From: Octopus bimaculoides
Lineage: Eukaryota
Length of the DNA: 64,000 nt
Assembly: GCF_001194135.2 (NCBI RefSeq)
Contig: NC_068991.1
Coordinates: 26,074,615-26,138,614 of the forward strand
Direction: 5' to 3'
In this document: in pieces, positions 1 to 12,812 of the stretch
Layout: every line of letters starts with the position of its first letter
Position numbering within the stretch: the first letter of the stretch is position 1
Notes under the pieces: model-generated
What the model was told of the DNA's origin: nothing
Seen by the model: only the letters and a program-made list of their open reading frames with translations
Databases searched by the model: none
Position numbers and translations under genes: made by a program

Positions 1-236
1 TGAACATTTGTAGAGATGAGTCACGTTTGAAATTAAAAATACAAATTCTCCGCTTTGCCTTCAAGCATTCAATTTTGGAGAGAATCACTTGATGAAGTGT
101 AAGTGTATGTTTTTGCATTAGAGAACATTAGTGCAACACTTACAAACTAGAGAAACACGCAAAGCTCAGAACATCTCAATGCCACACATATACAGCTACT
201 GCTTAGAATACAAAATATACTCTCTCCATTTTTCTT

Positions 237-1210
237 TCAAACAATCAATTTTTGAGAGAATTTTTTGATGAACTGTAGTTCCATTGCGTTTCGGTTTTGA
301 GGATAGTCCCATGCACATTTGTAAAAGGAAAAAAATTTGAATTTTCCGACGCTGGATATTTCCAGATGCTTACTTAAAGGAATCTTCCGTAATTCCTCTT
401 GTCGGATGCGTTGCTTGTGGATTCTTGCACGTTGTTTCGCCAATGTAATTTCCTTTGCAGTTTGGGAAGATAATGCAGTATGTGCGGTTTTGCGTTTTGC
501 AGTTCATATCTGCATTTATTTTGGAAAGGTATTCGCTCTTGAATTTTATGTGGGAACCACTTTCTAAGTATTTAAAGTTGTTGTTGTCGCATGTTCCACA
601 TCTATCTCCACATTCTTTTACTAAGAATTCTGATTCATTCTCTGATTTGAATTCTGCCCTTGTGAGGTATTTTTTAAGATTATTTTGTTGGCGTCTACTA
701 TTCCGTAGGGTGTTTTTTTTATCACATTCTTCATTTTGGGGTTTGTAAGAGTATAGGTAAGTTCGATTTTATGGCCTGAAACATGTTGGTTATTCCAGGA
801 CTGTGTCCGTAGTTGGGTGATGTTCAGTTTCATCGCCTTTTTAATTCCCTCGTTAATTAATCCTAAGGGGTATTTCTGCATTATAAGTAAGCCTTTGAGT
901 CGGATTTCACATATTTTGGGGTGAGTCACTATAGCACTGATAAGTCTTGCCATGCTGTATGGGTTGTTTCTTTTGGTATGTGATGGATGGGAAGAGTACA
1001 AATTTAGATATTGGTGTGTGTCAATTTTTTTTGTAAAATATGTCTGTTGCCACTGTGGAGTTCTGTATTATTATGCGGATATCCAGGAATGGTAATTCAT
1101 TGCAACTGGATTTTGTTGTGAATTTGATGGATGGGTGAAGTGTGTTCAGTCTATTGCTAAATATACTTACATCTTCATTCGATCTGTCCCAGAAGATGAA
1201 GCAGACATTT
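237..1210 (-). mobile_element. Penelope-like retroelement remnant (RT C-terminus, linker, GIY-YIG endonuclease)
   Basis: Minus-strand frames give CFIFW...LNTLHPSIKFT...LPFLDI...TDIFYKK (PLE RT end), SSHPSHTKRNNPYSMARLISAIV (thumb/HTH), CGTC...YCIIFPNCKGNYIG and KQRARIHKQRIR...FYKC (GIY-YIG). Frameshifted. Confidence 0.85.
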
Positions 1211-2249
1211 CTACAGCAGCCTAGTTCTTCCAAAAATACATCTCGAAATTATATTTTATTATTTTTTTTGTCTCAGTCCTTCGGCCTCATTTGAACCTTT
1301 GACTGAGCCAACTACACTTCCACACAGAACACTTGTGGGTGTATCCCACAATTTAGATAGTCCCATCCATCTTATGCTGAATAATTTAAGTGAATCTTGC
1401 AACACAAATCTTTGCCTTTTTAGTTTGGCCACGAAAAGTTACATTGTATTCAAATTCACAGAACAAATATGATCTTTTCCCTGTAACACCATGTGCTACC
1501 GTTTTCGATTTAATTAAATTCGGCTTAGCGATATATTTCCACGTTTTTTCGCTTATAATAGTAATGTTACTGTCCGTGTCCAACTGCATTTTAACAGTTG
1601 TATTTCTGAGTTTCACCTTCACGAATTTTCTCATCGTTATATATCCAATTTCTTCCGACGACGTTGTATTTATTCTTTTACTTTTTTCTGGGCGTTTATA
1701 ATCTTCATTCTACAGTGCGGTTTTATATGTCCTATATTTCCACAATGATAACACTCCGAATTTTTAAATGGAAAATTTTTCCGCAGCTGTATCCCACCAC
1801 ATGCAAAACATGGGTTTATATCCGGATGTTTATTGTGTTTTTTAGAAAACGCTTTGTCTCTATTTCGACTATTCCGCGCCAGTGTCGTGTCTTAATTTAA
1901 GTAACCATTCACATTCTTCAAACACTTTTCGAAGGGTTTCATCCTGGCTTTGCTCCAGCTTTGCAGGAAGCCTAGTTCTGACTTTTGCGTCCTTTTCGGC
2001 AGTTAGTCCTCGTGCAAAAATCAGGCATTTGAACATATCTAGGGTTAATTTATCCAGCTGTTTATTCTACTATTATATTCTACCAGTATATTCAACCAAT
2101 ATATGTGATAAAATCTCTTCGTTGTTGTTTACCTCAATGTTCAGACACTTCCAACGTGTGTTGAACAATCAATTTTTTTTTTGTGAGTTTGTTAACTCCT
2201 CTACGAGTTACATTTAACTCCACGTGAATTGGTTTATCCTTGTCGCCAC
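1211..2249 (-). mobile_element. Ty3/Gypsy (K02A2.6-like) gag-protease remnant with primer-binding-site-like motif
   Basis: Gag-like LTLDMFKCLIFARGLTAEKDAKVRTRL...EEC; retropepsin QLDTDSNITIISEKTWKYIAKP; post-protease LWDTPTSVLC...EELGCC. PBS-like TGGCGACAAGGA on the minus strand at 2237-2248. Confidence 0.8.
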
Positions 2250-2453
2250 TGTTATAAAGCGCTCTTTTGCAACTGCTGTATCAGTCTTTTTCCAACGGTT
2301 GTCGCTCCGACAGATATTGTTGTATAACGAAGTCGTCGATAGAATGTTTCTATCTAGCACTGTACGATCCCCAATCCTACAGTGTTATTATCCTCAAAAG
2401 ATTGGATAATTATAACGTCCATCCTGTATCACAGTATAATTACTATATCAACA
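2250..2453 (-). mobile_element. Putative 5' LTR of the Gypsy remnant
   Basis: On the minus strand it begins TGTTGATA and ends TTATAACA, immediately before the PBS-like motif. No second LTR in the window confirms it. Confidence 0.4.
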
Positions 2454-2884
2454 CAGACACGACTGACTATCAGCACAGTCTGACACGTATTCTTCTCGAT
2501 TCTGGCCGACTAATTAGTGGAGTTGATACTTCGACTGAACATTCTTTAAGGTAGTGCCACAGAAATGTCTGTTCTCTAATGAGTGAAGCAAGGAAAAGAA
2601 ACAAAAAAATTATTCTGTTCATGGATAGATATATTCAGCAATGACTGAGGCCAAAAAAACGTGATAAAAGTTCAAATATATTTGAGGGTTATTTGAACAA
2701 TTAGAGCAGCTTTAATTCCTCGTGAAGGAATATTCTCGCTGGAGACAAAAACATATTGTAAACTCAACATGGTCATTGGCCATTTCAACGCCGCTCTTTT
2801 TGGACTGTTACATTTCGAAGTAGTTATCTTTTCATCAGCACCAGTTGACAAACGGAGGGAAATCTACAATAGGACACAAGGTTT

Positions 2885-2926
2885 CACACACACACGCACA
2901 CGCGCGCACACACACGCACACACACA

Positions 2927-2968
<42 letters not shown>
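2885..2968. repeat. (CA)n microsatellite next to an assembly gap
   Basis: Direct reading. Confidence 0.95.
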
Positions 2969-5900
2969 NNNNNNNNNNNNNNNNNNNNNNNNNNNNNNNN
3001 NNNNNNNNNNNNNNNNNNNNNNNNNNNNNNNNNNNNNNNNNNNNNNNNNNNNNNNNNNNNNNNNNNNNNNNNNNNNNNNNNNNNNNNNNNNNNNNNNNNN
3101 NNNNNNNNNNNNNNNNNNNNNNNNNNNNNNNNNNNNNNNNNNNNNNNNNNNNNNNNNNNNNNNNNNNNNNNNNNNNNNNNNNTATATATATATATATTAT
3201 ATCTAAATTGTTAACCGATAGCGCACTTCGGCTGCCAAGCCATAGTTAATGCAGTATTAATTGAACTACGAATTGAATGAGAGAAAAGGAAACTTGATAC
3301 CAGTTAAAACATGTCTGAGAGATATTTGAACCCACAACACGGCTTTTCATTAGGATTATCATGGCGAAGTACCCTCGCTTGGAACGCAATGTGTAAAAGT
3401 ACCATGGTCAGTTTAGTGTAACTTTCCTTGTGGGAGAGAAAGCTTTATTCCATCACAACGTACAATGAGAAACAGTTTTATAGTTTCCAATAGGTCTCAA
3501 ATATATTTGTAACAATATTGACTTACTTATTTATAGTTATAAGTGTGTGCATATGTGTAAGTACATGTTTGAGAGGAGGTTTGTGTATGCATGTATATCC
3601 GGTGCGTTTTAATACAGTTTCCAGTTAATAAATTTTATCTATATATATTTTTTAGTTCTATTGTGACTGTAGGACAGATATACTTACCATATGGACTGGA
3701 TAGCACGATTGAACACGAAACCTTGTGTTCATGAAGTACATCTTTTTAACTTCATGAATACAATTTCATCCAAAATTTTAATAAGTTATCATCAAGTAAT
3801 TATCGAAATCACAGGGGTGCTATGTATGTGCGTAAATAGTAGATAATAACAATTAAATATGTAGCGTGTACAGAAAAATGAAATATAAATTTGTAAAGTT
3901 TGATGAAAACTTCATATCGAAAAGAGGAAATGCATGAAACATTAGAGATATAATTAACAGTAAACATTTGTATTCTCAATTATACTAGTTTGTTTTTGAT
4001 GACATAGAGTTAATACACATTAGATTACTATGGGAAATTAAATTAATTAAAACACTTAATAATTAATAATATCTAATACTTAATTAAAATATCTAATACT
4101 ATTTCTTTTTGTTTAGCATGAAAACACTGAATGCAATTTGCAAGTAAATTGTTTAGCCATTCTACCGTAACGTGTCAAATATTGCAAATGTTATAAAATA
4201 TGCCTATGCGTGCGTGTGAGTATTATAAAAATATGTTATAATTAGCAAAGATTTACTAGAACTCATTGAGATTCATGTATCTCATCTTTTCAAAGAACAG
4301 CTTTACGTGAGCTTTTAAAATTGCAGTGGACTATAATGAATGACTTCATTTCGTGTTTATCTTTCAATTAATTGCAGATGATGTGTAGAATAAATTACTA
4401 ATAAAATATACGATCCAATTAGCCAATAAGATTTAAATTATAATATTTTAATTCTTGAGTTTCAGAAACGACAACGTGAATGGTATAAATAGTTTGATAG
4501 CATTTGGTTACGATGTCTCTTACATTTTGAAATGTTATACTTCTGAAATCGACTTTTACTTTCCTTACTTCTCTTTTGAGTTTATAGATTAAATGCCAGG
4601 ATTATTATACGTAGGTTAACTGAATCAATAATATTATCAGCTATACAAATTTATATACTTGTGTCAATTTAATATATCTGTTTGTATGTATAACTTGGAT
4701 ATTAATTTTGTTGTGAAAATATATTTCCTCATTTCCGTAGAACACTGTAAAATTTAGTTTTAAACCTTGAAGAAAAAATATTAAATACGTATTGATTGGT
4801 ATTACTATTGCAAAATTGAGAAATATGAATTTCATCGGTAACTGTATCTATTTAATTATATGTAATTTGCACACACTTAATGTGCCAACCAATATCCTCG
4901 CTTTATCCGAATTTAAGTAAACGGTACAGTGTATTCCACACGTAGATAATTTATTTTTAAAGTAATTAGAAAAAATCCAGCTTCAAATAATTGAAATCTA
5001 AGGGTGGTATGCATTATGGAAAAGTAATTTTAAGAAAAGCACTGAACAGAACGGTAGGTGATCATTGACACAACTGAAATAAATACTGTAAGATCTATAG
5101 GAAGTCTCTCCTTTGTTTTCTATGAAAATAATATACTGTGTTTATATGTATATCCAACACATAATTAATGTTCTTTATGTACTGCTTCAGGTGAAAATAT
5201 CATACTTTTTTATGATAGCCCCATAATGGCTTTGTATATGGAAATCGATTAGCGGTCTGTTACGCGTATGGTTTAGTTATTATACAAAAAAATTGATTGT
5301 CTGTCATGAAATATATCTCTATATGACTATATATGCAGGGTAAAAAATATATTTACGGAAATTCTTTCCGTTTTTAATTTATTTTCATTGTAGAAATCTC
5401 CCTGTCTTTGTCTTTTAAAATGATGCTTCAGAGTGATACCTTCTTTCGCAACAAATACAACGATGTCTACATAATTTAAGCAGATATGCGATAAGAAATC
5501 TGAAATAAAATTCAACTAAAATCTGAAAGTGATTTACCTTCACGACAGCTTATTGAATGGAGTTATTTTGCCAAGTTCAGCCTAAATGAAATCTACCGAA
5601 TCTTTATTGAAATCAGGACAAGCGTAAATTGGATGTAGAAGTTGTTTTAATGCATTTACACGTCTCTTCTTTTTCAGTCATTTAAACTTGTCTCCACTAG
5701 GTCAAAATTATAAATGTTTGACAAAGGTTATAAAATGAAGTTTCTCTAGGTGATAGTATTAGAATATAACGCAGAGATCAGCGAAACAGCTGTACATAAT
5801 TTTCTAAACTTCAAATACGTGCACTAACAGTGTATTTTAACAATTTGCACTGTAATCTAGTTCTATGCATGTGTAATTATACGCGAATGTGCGAGTGTAT

Positions 5901-6331
5901 ACATATGTTTGTTAGGGTTTATGTATGCGTGTGAGTGTGCTTATGTGTGTATGTTTCTGATTGTGATTGTTTGTTTGTATATGTGAACAAATAAATTGGT
6001 TTACCATAAAGTATTTACATAAAGAAAAAACAAATTCGAGATATTTCTGCATTTGCATTTTGTTTTAATTTCCTTCATTGACAGCATTAGTCTGTGCTGG
6101 TGTAATCATTTGCAATAGCAGGAAGGGACCTTCACATAATTGCTCTTACATCTAGAAATTAGAAATTGTAGTTAAATCTATCACAACACATTTAAGAAAA
6201 AAGATATTCTAATATTTGAAATACTCTTAGGAATGAAGAGCTGTGTCCACAGCTGGGATTACTCTGACTAGAGGTTTGCGTGACTAAGTATAACATGGGC
6301 TAAACAACAACAACAACAACAACACAAAATG

Positions 6332-6384
<53 letters not shown>

Positions 6385-7199
6385 ATGTATATGTCTGCAA
6401 AACTTTAATTAGAATAGAATTAAAGGTGAAAAGAACGAACAAAATATATTAGCTGACTATTATTTCTTTCGCTTTTATTCTCCAGGGAGCATGAGGCAAT
6501 TACATCATATGCATCAATTTTCTTAATATTTATGCTTGAAAACTGCATTAAGGGAACCGATATATAATCGTTCATTTAGTAACTAGGTTGATATAAAGTG
6601 ATTTATTTTTCCTGCAGATAGTGTCTATGAAGTATTTAACATGAAACTAAAGCTTATCGATAAATAATCTGGCATTGGTTATATGCCGTAATAGTCAACA
6701 CGCTAAATAATGAAATTTCAGGAACGGCTAAGCAAATGAACTAAAGCGTTAGGAAATATAAACCACAGTTCCTGGAGGAAATATAATGGCGCTAATACAA
6801 AATAATGAAATGAATATAGTATTTCAAATCTAAAACTTTTGGTTAAATGAACTAAAACGGACTATGAACTTGTATATTTGCAATGAATATGTTACCTGTA
6901 ACAATATTACGGTTTATTAATAACTAATGAATTATATACTGTACTGGTTACGTAGAAGATATTTTCGGTGTGACCAAGGAGCACAATCTTCACTCTTATA
7001 AATATAGTTTTTAGCACTATTAGTAGAATCAGGATTTCTTACGTCTGTACAATAAATATAATTTTGATTCTTTTCAAATGAGGCTGCGCTCAAAAGTTCA
7101 TAAACTGACTAAGAAGTTAGAGCTGTTAAATTTAATTTCAACTCTTACTAATAACTTTATTTGTGTTAACTGACATGTGACTGTTCAAAGAAGACATGG

Positions 7200-8085
7200 A
7201 AAACGATTAGTGGTGACGTCTCTTGAAGATGGACAAAATTTGGTAACGTGATGTTATCAAGTAACCACCGGTCTTCTGTATCTGTATTAGCGTCTGCCAA
7301 ATGGTCGTCTTGCAAAATGGTCGCACATTTCCCCCCTTCCATGCTATTTCCTTTTCAGAGTTCTTTTCCTTCTTAAATTTTCTTTCTTTACACAATTATC
7401 AATTTTGATGATACCAAACTTCTGCACATGTTTCAGCAATAGCTTCGCGATATTTTGTACATAACACCCGAAGCTATTTTCCTCTGCTTCTATCCAATCC
7501 TGATCAAACCTCTCCTATCCTTTCTTCTCGAGAAGTATAACCTATTAGTGTCACCCTTGGGATGGAATGCTCCATACACTATCAATATTTTTGTTGTTTT
7601 CGTATCCATGATCATCAGTTCATTATTTTGAAAGTTTATGATTCAAACTGCAAACCGAAGTGATGTAATTGCCTATGTATTTACTGCTTGGATTTTATAC
7701 AATTTTGAGCGCAACAGCTATTTTAGTCTTCGGAAATATTCTTTTCTCAGCTGTTCTTTCATTCCTTTCTCCATGATGGATGATCCACGAATGTGGAATC
7801 ATATCGTAAGCTTTGCTGTAGTCAATCCATACCCTTCCGAAATTTGCCCTTCTCAGCTTGCGATCTTTCCATTACCATTTTCGCTATCAATAATTGGTTT
7901 TTGGTATCTCTGCATCTATTCTTACAACCTGTTTGTTCCACCAATAAGACATTATCATTAAGAAATTTGTATATTTCTTATGCATTCCCTACTGACAGTA
8001 ATTTCCACATTAATGGAAGGCAAGAAATTAGCCTGCAATTGACAGCAGTATTTCCTTTCGACATATCCTTCACAGAAAACAGCGG
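7200..8085 (-). mobile_element. R4/Dong-type (RLE) non-LTR retrotransposon fragment, copy 1, RT core deleted
   Basis: Minus strand: KDMSKGNTAVNCRLISCLPLMWKLL, EQTGCKNRCRDTKNQLLI, WIDYSKAYDMIPHSWII, then a jump to post-RT KEYFRRLK...YGAFHPKGDTNRLYFSRRKDRRGL. The 5' end abuts (TAA)n. Confidence 0.75.
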
Positions 8086-8111
8086 GTATTATTATTATCA
8101 TTATTATTATT

Positions 8112-9245
8112 AGGCACCTCGAGTGCCGCCAAGCTCTCACCGCCCTCAGTCAGGCGGGCAGTGCGATCGGTAGTAGATCCACTCTAGCTTTCTATAGAGG
8201 GTTAGTGGGAGAAAAGTGCGACGACGTTCTCGGGGAAACTCTAGGCGTCGAGGATAATCAGCTAAGCAGTCTGTTCAGGAGAACTTTCGGGCCGGGGCCC
8301 ATGGATAATTTCCAAAGGTCCCTCGCCTGGCAGTGCTACCGAGGTGCGCTACCTGTTCGAGATAAACTCTACCGACATNNNNNNNNNNNNNNNNNNNNNN
8401 NNNNNNNNNNNNNNNNNNNNNNNNNNNNNNNNNNNNNNNNNNNNNNNNNNNNNNNNNNNNNNNNNNNNNNNNNNNNNNNNNNNNNNNNNNNNNNNNNNNN
8501 NNNNNNNNNNNNNNNNNNNNNNNNNNNNNNNNNNNNNNNNNNNNNNNNNNNNNNNNNNNNNNNNNNNNNNNNNNNNNNNNNNNNNNNNNNNNNNNNNNNN
8601 NNNNNNNNNNNNNNNNNNNNNNNNNNNNNNNNNNNNNNNNNNNNNNNNNNNNNNNNNNNNNNNNNNNNNNNNNNNNNNNNNNNNNNNNNNNNNNNNNNNN
8701 NNNNNNNNNNNNNNNNNNNNNNNNNNNNNNNNNNNNNNNNNNNNNNNNNNNNNNNNNNNNNNNNNNNNNNNNNNNNNNNNNNNNNNNNNNNNNNNNNNNN
8801 NNNNNNNNNNNNNNNNNNNNNNNNNNNNNNNNNNNNNNNNNNNNNNNNNNNNNNNNNNNNNNNNNNNNNNNNNNNNNNNNNNNNNNNNNNNNNNNNNNNN
8901 NNNNNNNNNNNNNNNNNNNNNNNNNNNNNNNNNNNNNNNNNNNNNNNNNNNNNNNNNNNNNNNNNNNNNNNNNNNNNNNNNNNNNNNNNNNNNNNNNNNN
9001 NNNNNNNNNNNNNNNNNNNNNNNNNNNNNNNNNNNNNNNNNNNNNNNNNNNNNNNNNNNNNNNNNNNNNNNNNNNNNNNNNNNNNNNNNNNNNNNNNNNN
9101 NNNNNNNNNNNNNNNNNNNNNNNNNNNNNNNNNNNNNNNNNNNNNNTTCCTACCTTTTCGGACAAAACCTTTTGTAACCTTCGTCCTGTCTTTGTCCTTA
9201 TATGTCTTTAATTGATATTAGCCCTTGTGGCCAATAAAACGAATT
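8112..9245 (+). mobile_element. Tx1-like LINE, 5'-truncated 3' end spanning an N gap
   Basis: GC-rich open frame ending SLAWQCYRGALPVRDKLYRH (zf-RVT-like C-terminus). After the gap: 3' UTR, AATAAA at about 9233 and a (TTA)n tail. The 5' side also abuts (TTA)n. Confidence 0.65.
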
Positions 9246-9246
9246 A

Positions 9247-9306
<60 letters not shown>

Positions 9307-9360
9307 GTTGTTGTTGTTGTTGTTGTTGTTGTTATTATTATTATTATTATTATTATCATT
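9246..9360. repeat. Compound (TTA)n/(TTG)n microsatellite
   Basis: Direct reading. It is the shared tail of the Tx1-like element (+) and R4 copy 2 (-). Confidence 0.95.
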
Positions 9361-10975
9361 ATATGTTTGACTTTTACTTTGTATTTGTACAAGTTGTCCC
9401 CAAGTCTCATCCAGAGACCTGATTTTTAAAGTAGTATTGTTCTAGAGAATGTTTAAGGAAGCATAAAAAAATTATGAGTTTGTTTTAAAATTTGAGATTA
9501 CATAGACAGTATTTTACGTAGGAGCAGTATTTTACGATTGTGACAGTCATATTAATGAGGAGACATGATTTTCGGATGAAGTCATTTAATATACTGTCTG
9601 GTCTATTCGCATTTATCTTTTTGTCAGTTTGAATGATGAAGTTCCAGAGGAGTGAGATATGATTATTTTCATGCACCGGAGGTGGTTTGTGTTCCCACCA
9701 GTCTTTATCATGGAGCAGGTCCATGTTATTGCAAATCACCCTGTGAATATATTGCGCTGCGTTATCATGCCTGTTGAGATACACTGTAGGCGCAAAAAGA
9801 CTGCACATGGAGAGAACATGATCAATGGTTTCATTTTGTTCTTGACGTATGCGACATGTTGGGCTACTGCCGTTCCTTAATATGTTGGCCCGGTAGTTTC
9901 TTGTAGGTAGGCATTGATCTTGGGCTGCAATGATAAACCCTTCTGTTTCTGATTCTAAGCCAGAAGACACTAACCATTGATGTATAAGGGCTTTGTCAAC
10001 ATCGGCACTATTAACTCTCCTTGGGTATTTGTCATTGAGAGGAATTTTTTGCAATTTATCAGTAAGAATATCTAAGGCAGCAGTTTTTGCACGGATTTTC
10101 ATACACCTAGCTTTTTCTGTGCTTATATTTCTAGTACGTCTAATTCTGGAATTTGTTGTATTTGGAATTCACTTCGATATTTCGTTGCCTGTTTTGTTAC
10201 AAAGTTTGATGATTTCTTGTTTTCCTGCTTTGAGACAAGTTTTTAACATCCAGTCATAAGAGTTTTCCGGATAGTTGTCTAGGCCAACAGTGGCAATCTT
10301 CATTGTTAATTCCATTTGTAAAAGTCCACGGCCACCCTCTTTTCTTGGAAATCGTTTTATATCTGCCTTAGGGAGGTGCGTTCTATGCATCGTCAACAAT
10401 TTTAGTATTTTTCTATCAAGATTACATATTTCAGTAATTGACCAATTAAGGATATTGAAACTAAGTCATGACTGATATGACTAAAGTATTGATCGCTTCA
10501 ATGCTGTTTCTTACGTTCAGCTCTGTCTTGAGTATTTCCCTTACCCCGCGATAACAGTCTCTTCTGATCCTTACCCTCATCGCGGAATGTTTGATTCCGC
10601 CGCTTCAAATACCCCCAGGTATTTGTAGATCTCCGCTGGTTCTAATTCCTTTATGACACTCTACCCGTCAAGATCAACATTGGATGTTTCTCTCATTTTT
10701 CCTTTGATAAAAGTAGCCTTTGCACATTTATTGAGGCCAAATTGCATCCTGATGCCATCACTAACTGTTTAACAACGGCAAGTAAGTCCTGTAGTTGTTG
10801 GTCATTTTTTTCAAAGCGCTTTTAACCATCCATATAAATGAGTTGATTTATAACCGTAGTGTACATCATTGAGTAATTTCGAGAGAGGTATTAAGGGTAG
10901 AAAAAAGAGAAGTGTTGATAGAGAGTTACCCTGGGAAATTTCACGGGAAATTCTTTAGCATTAAGAGATTCATTA
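9361..10975 (-). mobile_element. R4/Dong-type non-LTR retrotransposon, copy 2 (5'-truncated RT to RLE endonuclease, 3' UTR)
   Basis: ISQGNSLSTLLF and a degenerate YMDD region near 10830; HLPKADIKRFPRKEGGRGL; ETEGFIIAAQDQCLPTRNY...CRIRQEQNETIDHVLSMC (CCHC-like); RHD; NRPDSIL (PD..D RLE motif); then the 3' UTR and (TAA)n tail. Confidence 0.9.
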
Positions 10976-10979
10976 TCTA

Positions 10980-11094
10980 AGGTAACACCCCTTAGTTTTC
11001 GGGCACCATCCGGAGTATTTCGGCGATTCTAAGCAGTGCTGTTTTCTGCAAGTGCTCCACCCTTATTGCAGCCCCTATTTGTTCCATGTACCAT
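10980..11094 (-). mobile_element. R4/Dong-type 3'-terminal fragment, copy 3
   Basis: Minus strand WYMEQIGAAIRVEHLQKTALLRIAEILRMVPEN* matches the LQKxxLLxxxxILRxxL C-terminus of RLE elements. It is preceded by (AAT)n(AAG)n. Confidence 0.6.
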
Positions 11095-11134
11095 TCTTCT
11101 TCTTCTTCTTCTTCTTCTTCTTCTTCTTCTTCTT

Positions 11135-11227
<93 letters not shown>
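11095..11227. repeat. Compound (TTC)n(TTA)n microsatellite
   Basis: Direct reading. Confidence 0.95.
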
Positions 11228-11609
11228 TTTTGTATGTGNNNNNNNNNNNNNNNNNNNNNNNNNNNNNNNNNNNNNNNNNNNNNNNNNNNNNNNNNNNNNN
11301 NNNNNNNNNNNNNNNNNNNNNNNNNNNNNNNNNNNNNNNNNNNNNNNNNNNNNNNNNNNNNNNNNNNNNNNNNNNNNNNNNNNNNNNNNNNNNNNNNNNN
11401 NNNNNNNNNNNNNNNNNNNNNNNNNNNNNNNNNNNNNNNNNNNNNNNNNNNNNNNNNNNNNNNNNNNNNNNNNNNNNNNNNNNNNNNNNNNNNNNNNNNN
11501 NNNNNNNNNNNNNNNNNNNNNNNNNNNNNNNNNNNNNNNNNNNNNNNNNNNNNNNNNNNNNNNNNNNNNNNNNNNNNNNNNNNNNNNNNGCCTCTCCCAA
11601 GGTTTAATT

Positions 11610-11647
<38 letters not shown>

Positions 11648-12609
11648 TTATTGTTATTTACACTTTAAATGAATTATTAAATAACGTAGAATTTTATTAT
11701 TTGTATGATTGCAATTAGCACATGTTAGAAATAGAAAAAAACAATTTCGTTTATTATCAATTACTATAAGACAACAATATTCCGATAAATGTAGGGGTGA
11801 AAAACATTTTTAAATCATGATATAAATTTTCACTTGAGCTGAATTTTTAAAATATCATTTCAATTTTCATATCATTTAAATAACATAAAATATTTCATTT
11901 TCAGTTAGTTTCAAAAGCTTATGTATTTTCATTAATGATTTACCTACAATTATTTGCTCATAAATCACTACTTTATCATGATTGATGTTTATTAATACTG
12001 ATTAGGAAATTGCAACGTCAATCTCATACATTTATGATATCATTAATTGATATGAAACTGTCAATTCCAATGTAATAATTTAGAACATTTCAACAGAAGC
12101 CATAATGATTATAATAAGTACAATTATTGTTATTTTTTTGTATTCTTGAAGATTTTGCAGTTCTTTTACCTCAGAAAAAGTCTCACTTTATTTTTAAAAA
12201 TCAATTCTAAACTGAAAATTCGCATAACAATTTTCATGTACAGATTAAAATTCGGAAGTCCGTTTTTAATTCTTCATTGTACTATACAAAAGTAAGTGCT
12301 TACACCATTAAAATATATACGTACATGACTACATTTGTAAGAGACAAATACCATATTTTAGTTAAGTCCTAATTTGTGTTTCATGTAGCAAAAGATGACC
12401 AAAATTTGTAGTAGATGCACTAATACCCTAAAAAAGTACTAAACTTGGGATTTATATATTGTAATTATATGGGAGATATCAATACTAACTGCATACGATT
12501 GAGCTGTAAATGTAGACGCAACACTTTAAAAACCAAATCAATATTAATATATCAACATGAAGGAAGTGAGTATGAGTGTTTTCAATGATTAATCATAGAG
12601 CGGTTTGAA

Positions 12610-12812
12610 ATTTAGGCACAAGGCCGGCAATTTCAAGTAAGGGGGTTAAGTAGATCACATCGATCCTCACCTTAGTGCTCAACTGGTACTTATTTTATCG
12701 ACCTCGAAAGGATGTAAGGTAAGGTCAACCTCAGCAGTATTTAAACTCATAACGTAACTACCGCTAGGCATTTTAACCGGCGTACTAACACTTCTGCCAG
12801 CTCACCACCCTA
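12610..12812 (+). mobile_element. SINE-like dispersed repeat, family A
   Basis: Core GGTACTTATTTTATCGACCTCGAAAGGATG...GTCAACCTC...TTTAAACTC...CTGCCAGCT is shared with copies at 39.2, 40.9, 53.1 and 53.4 kb. I recall this as an octopus repeat. Confidence 0.8.

Noticed and set aside
2760-2880. Possible mariner TGxDEK motif on the minus strand
   Set aside because: No other transposase motifs nearby.
5520-5590. LRR-like peptide NLKVIYLHDSLLNGVIL on the plus strand
   Set aside because: A single short match bounded by stops, with no further repeats or splice support.
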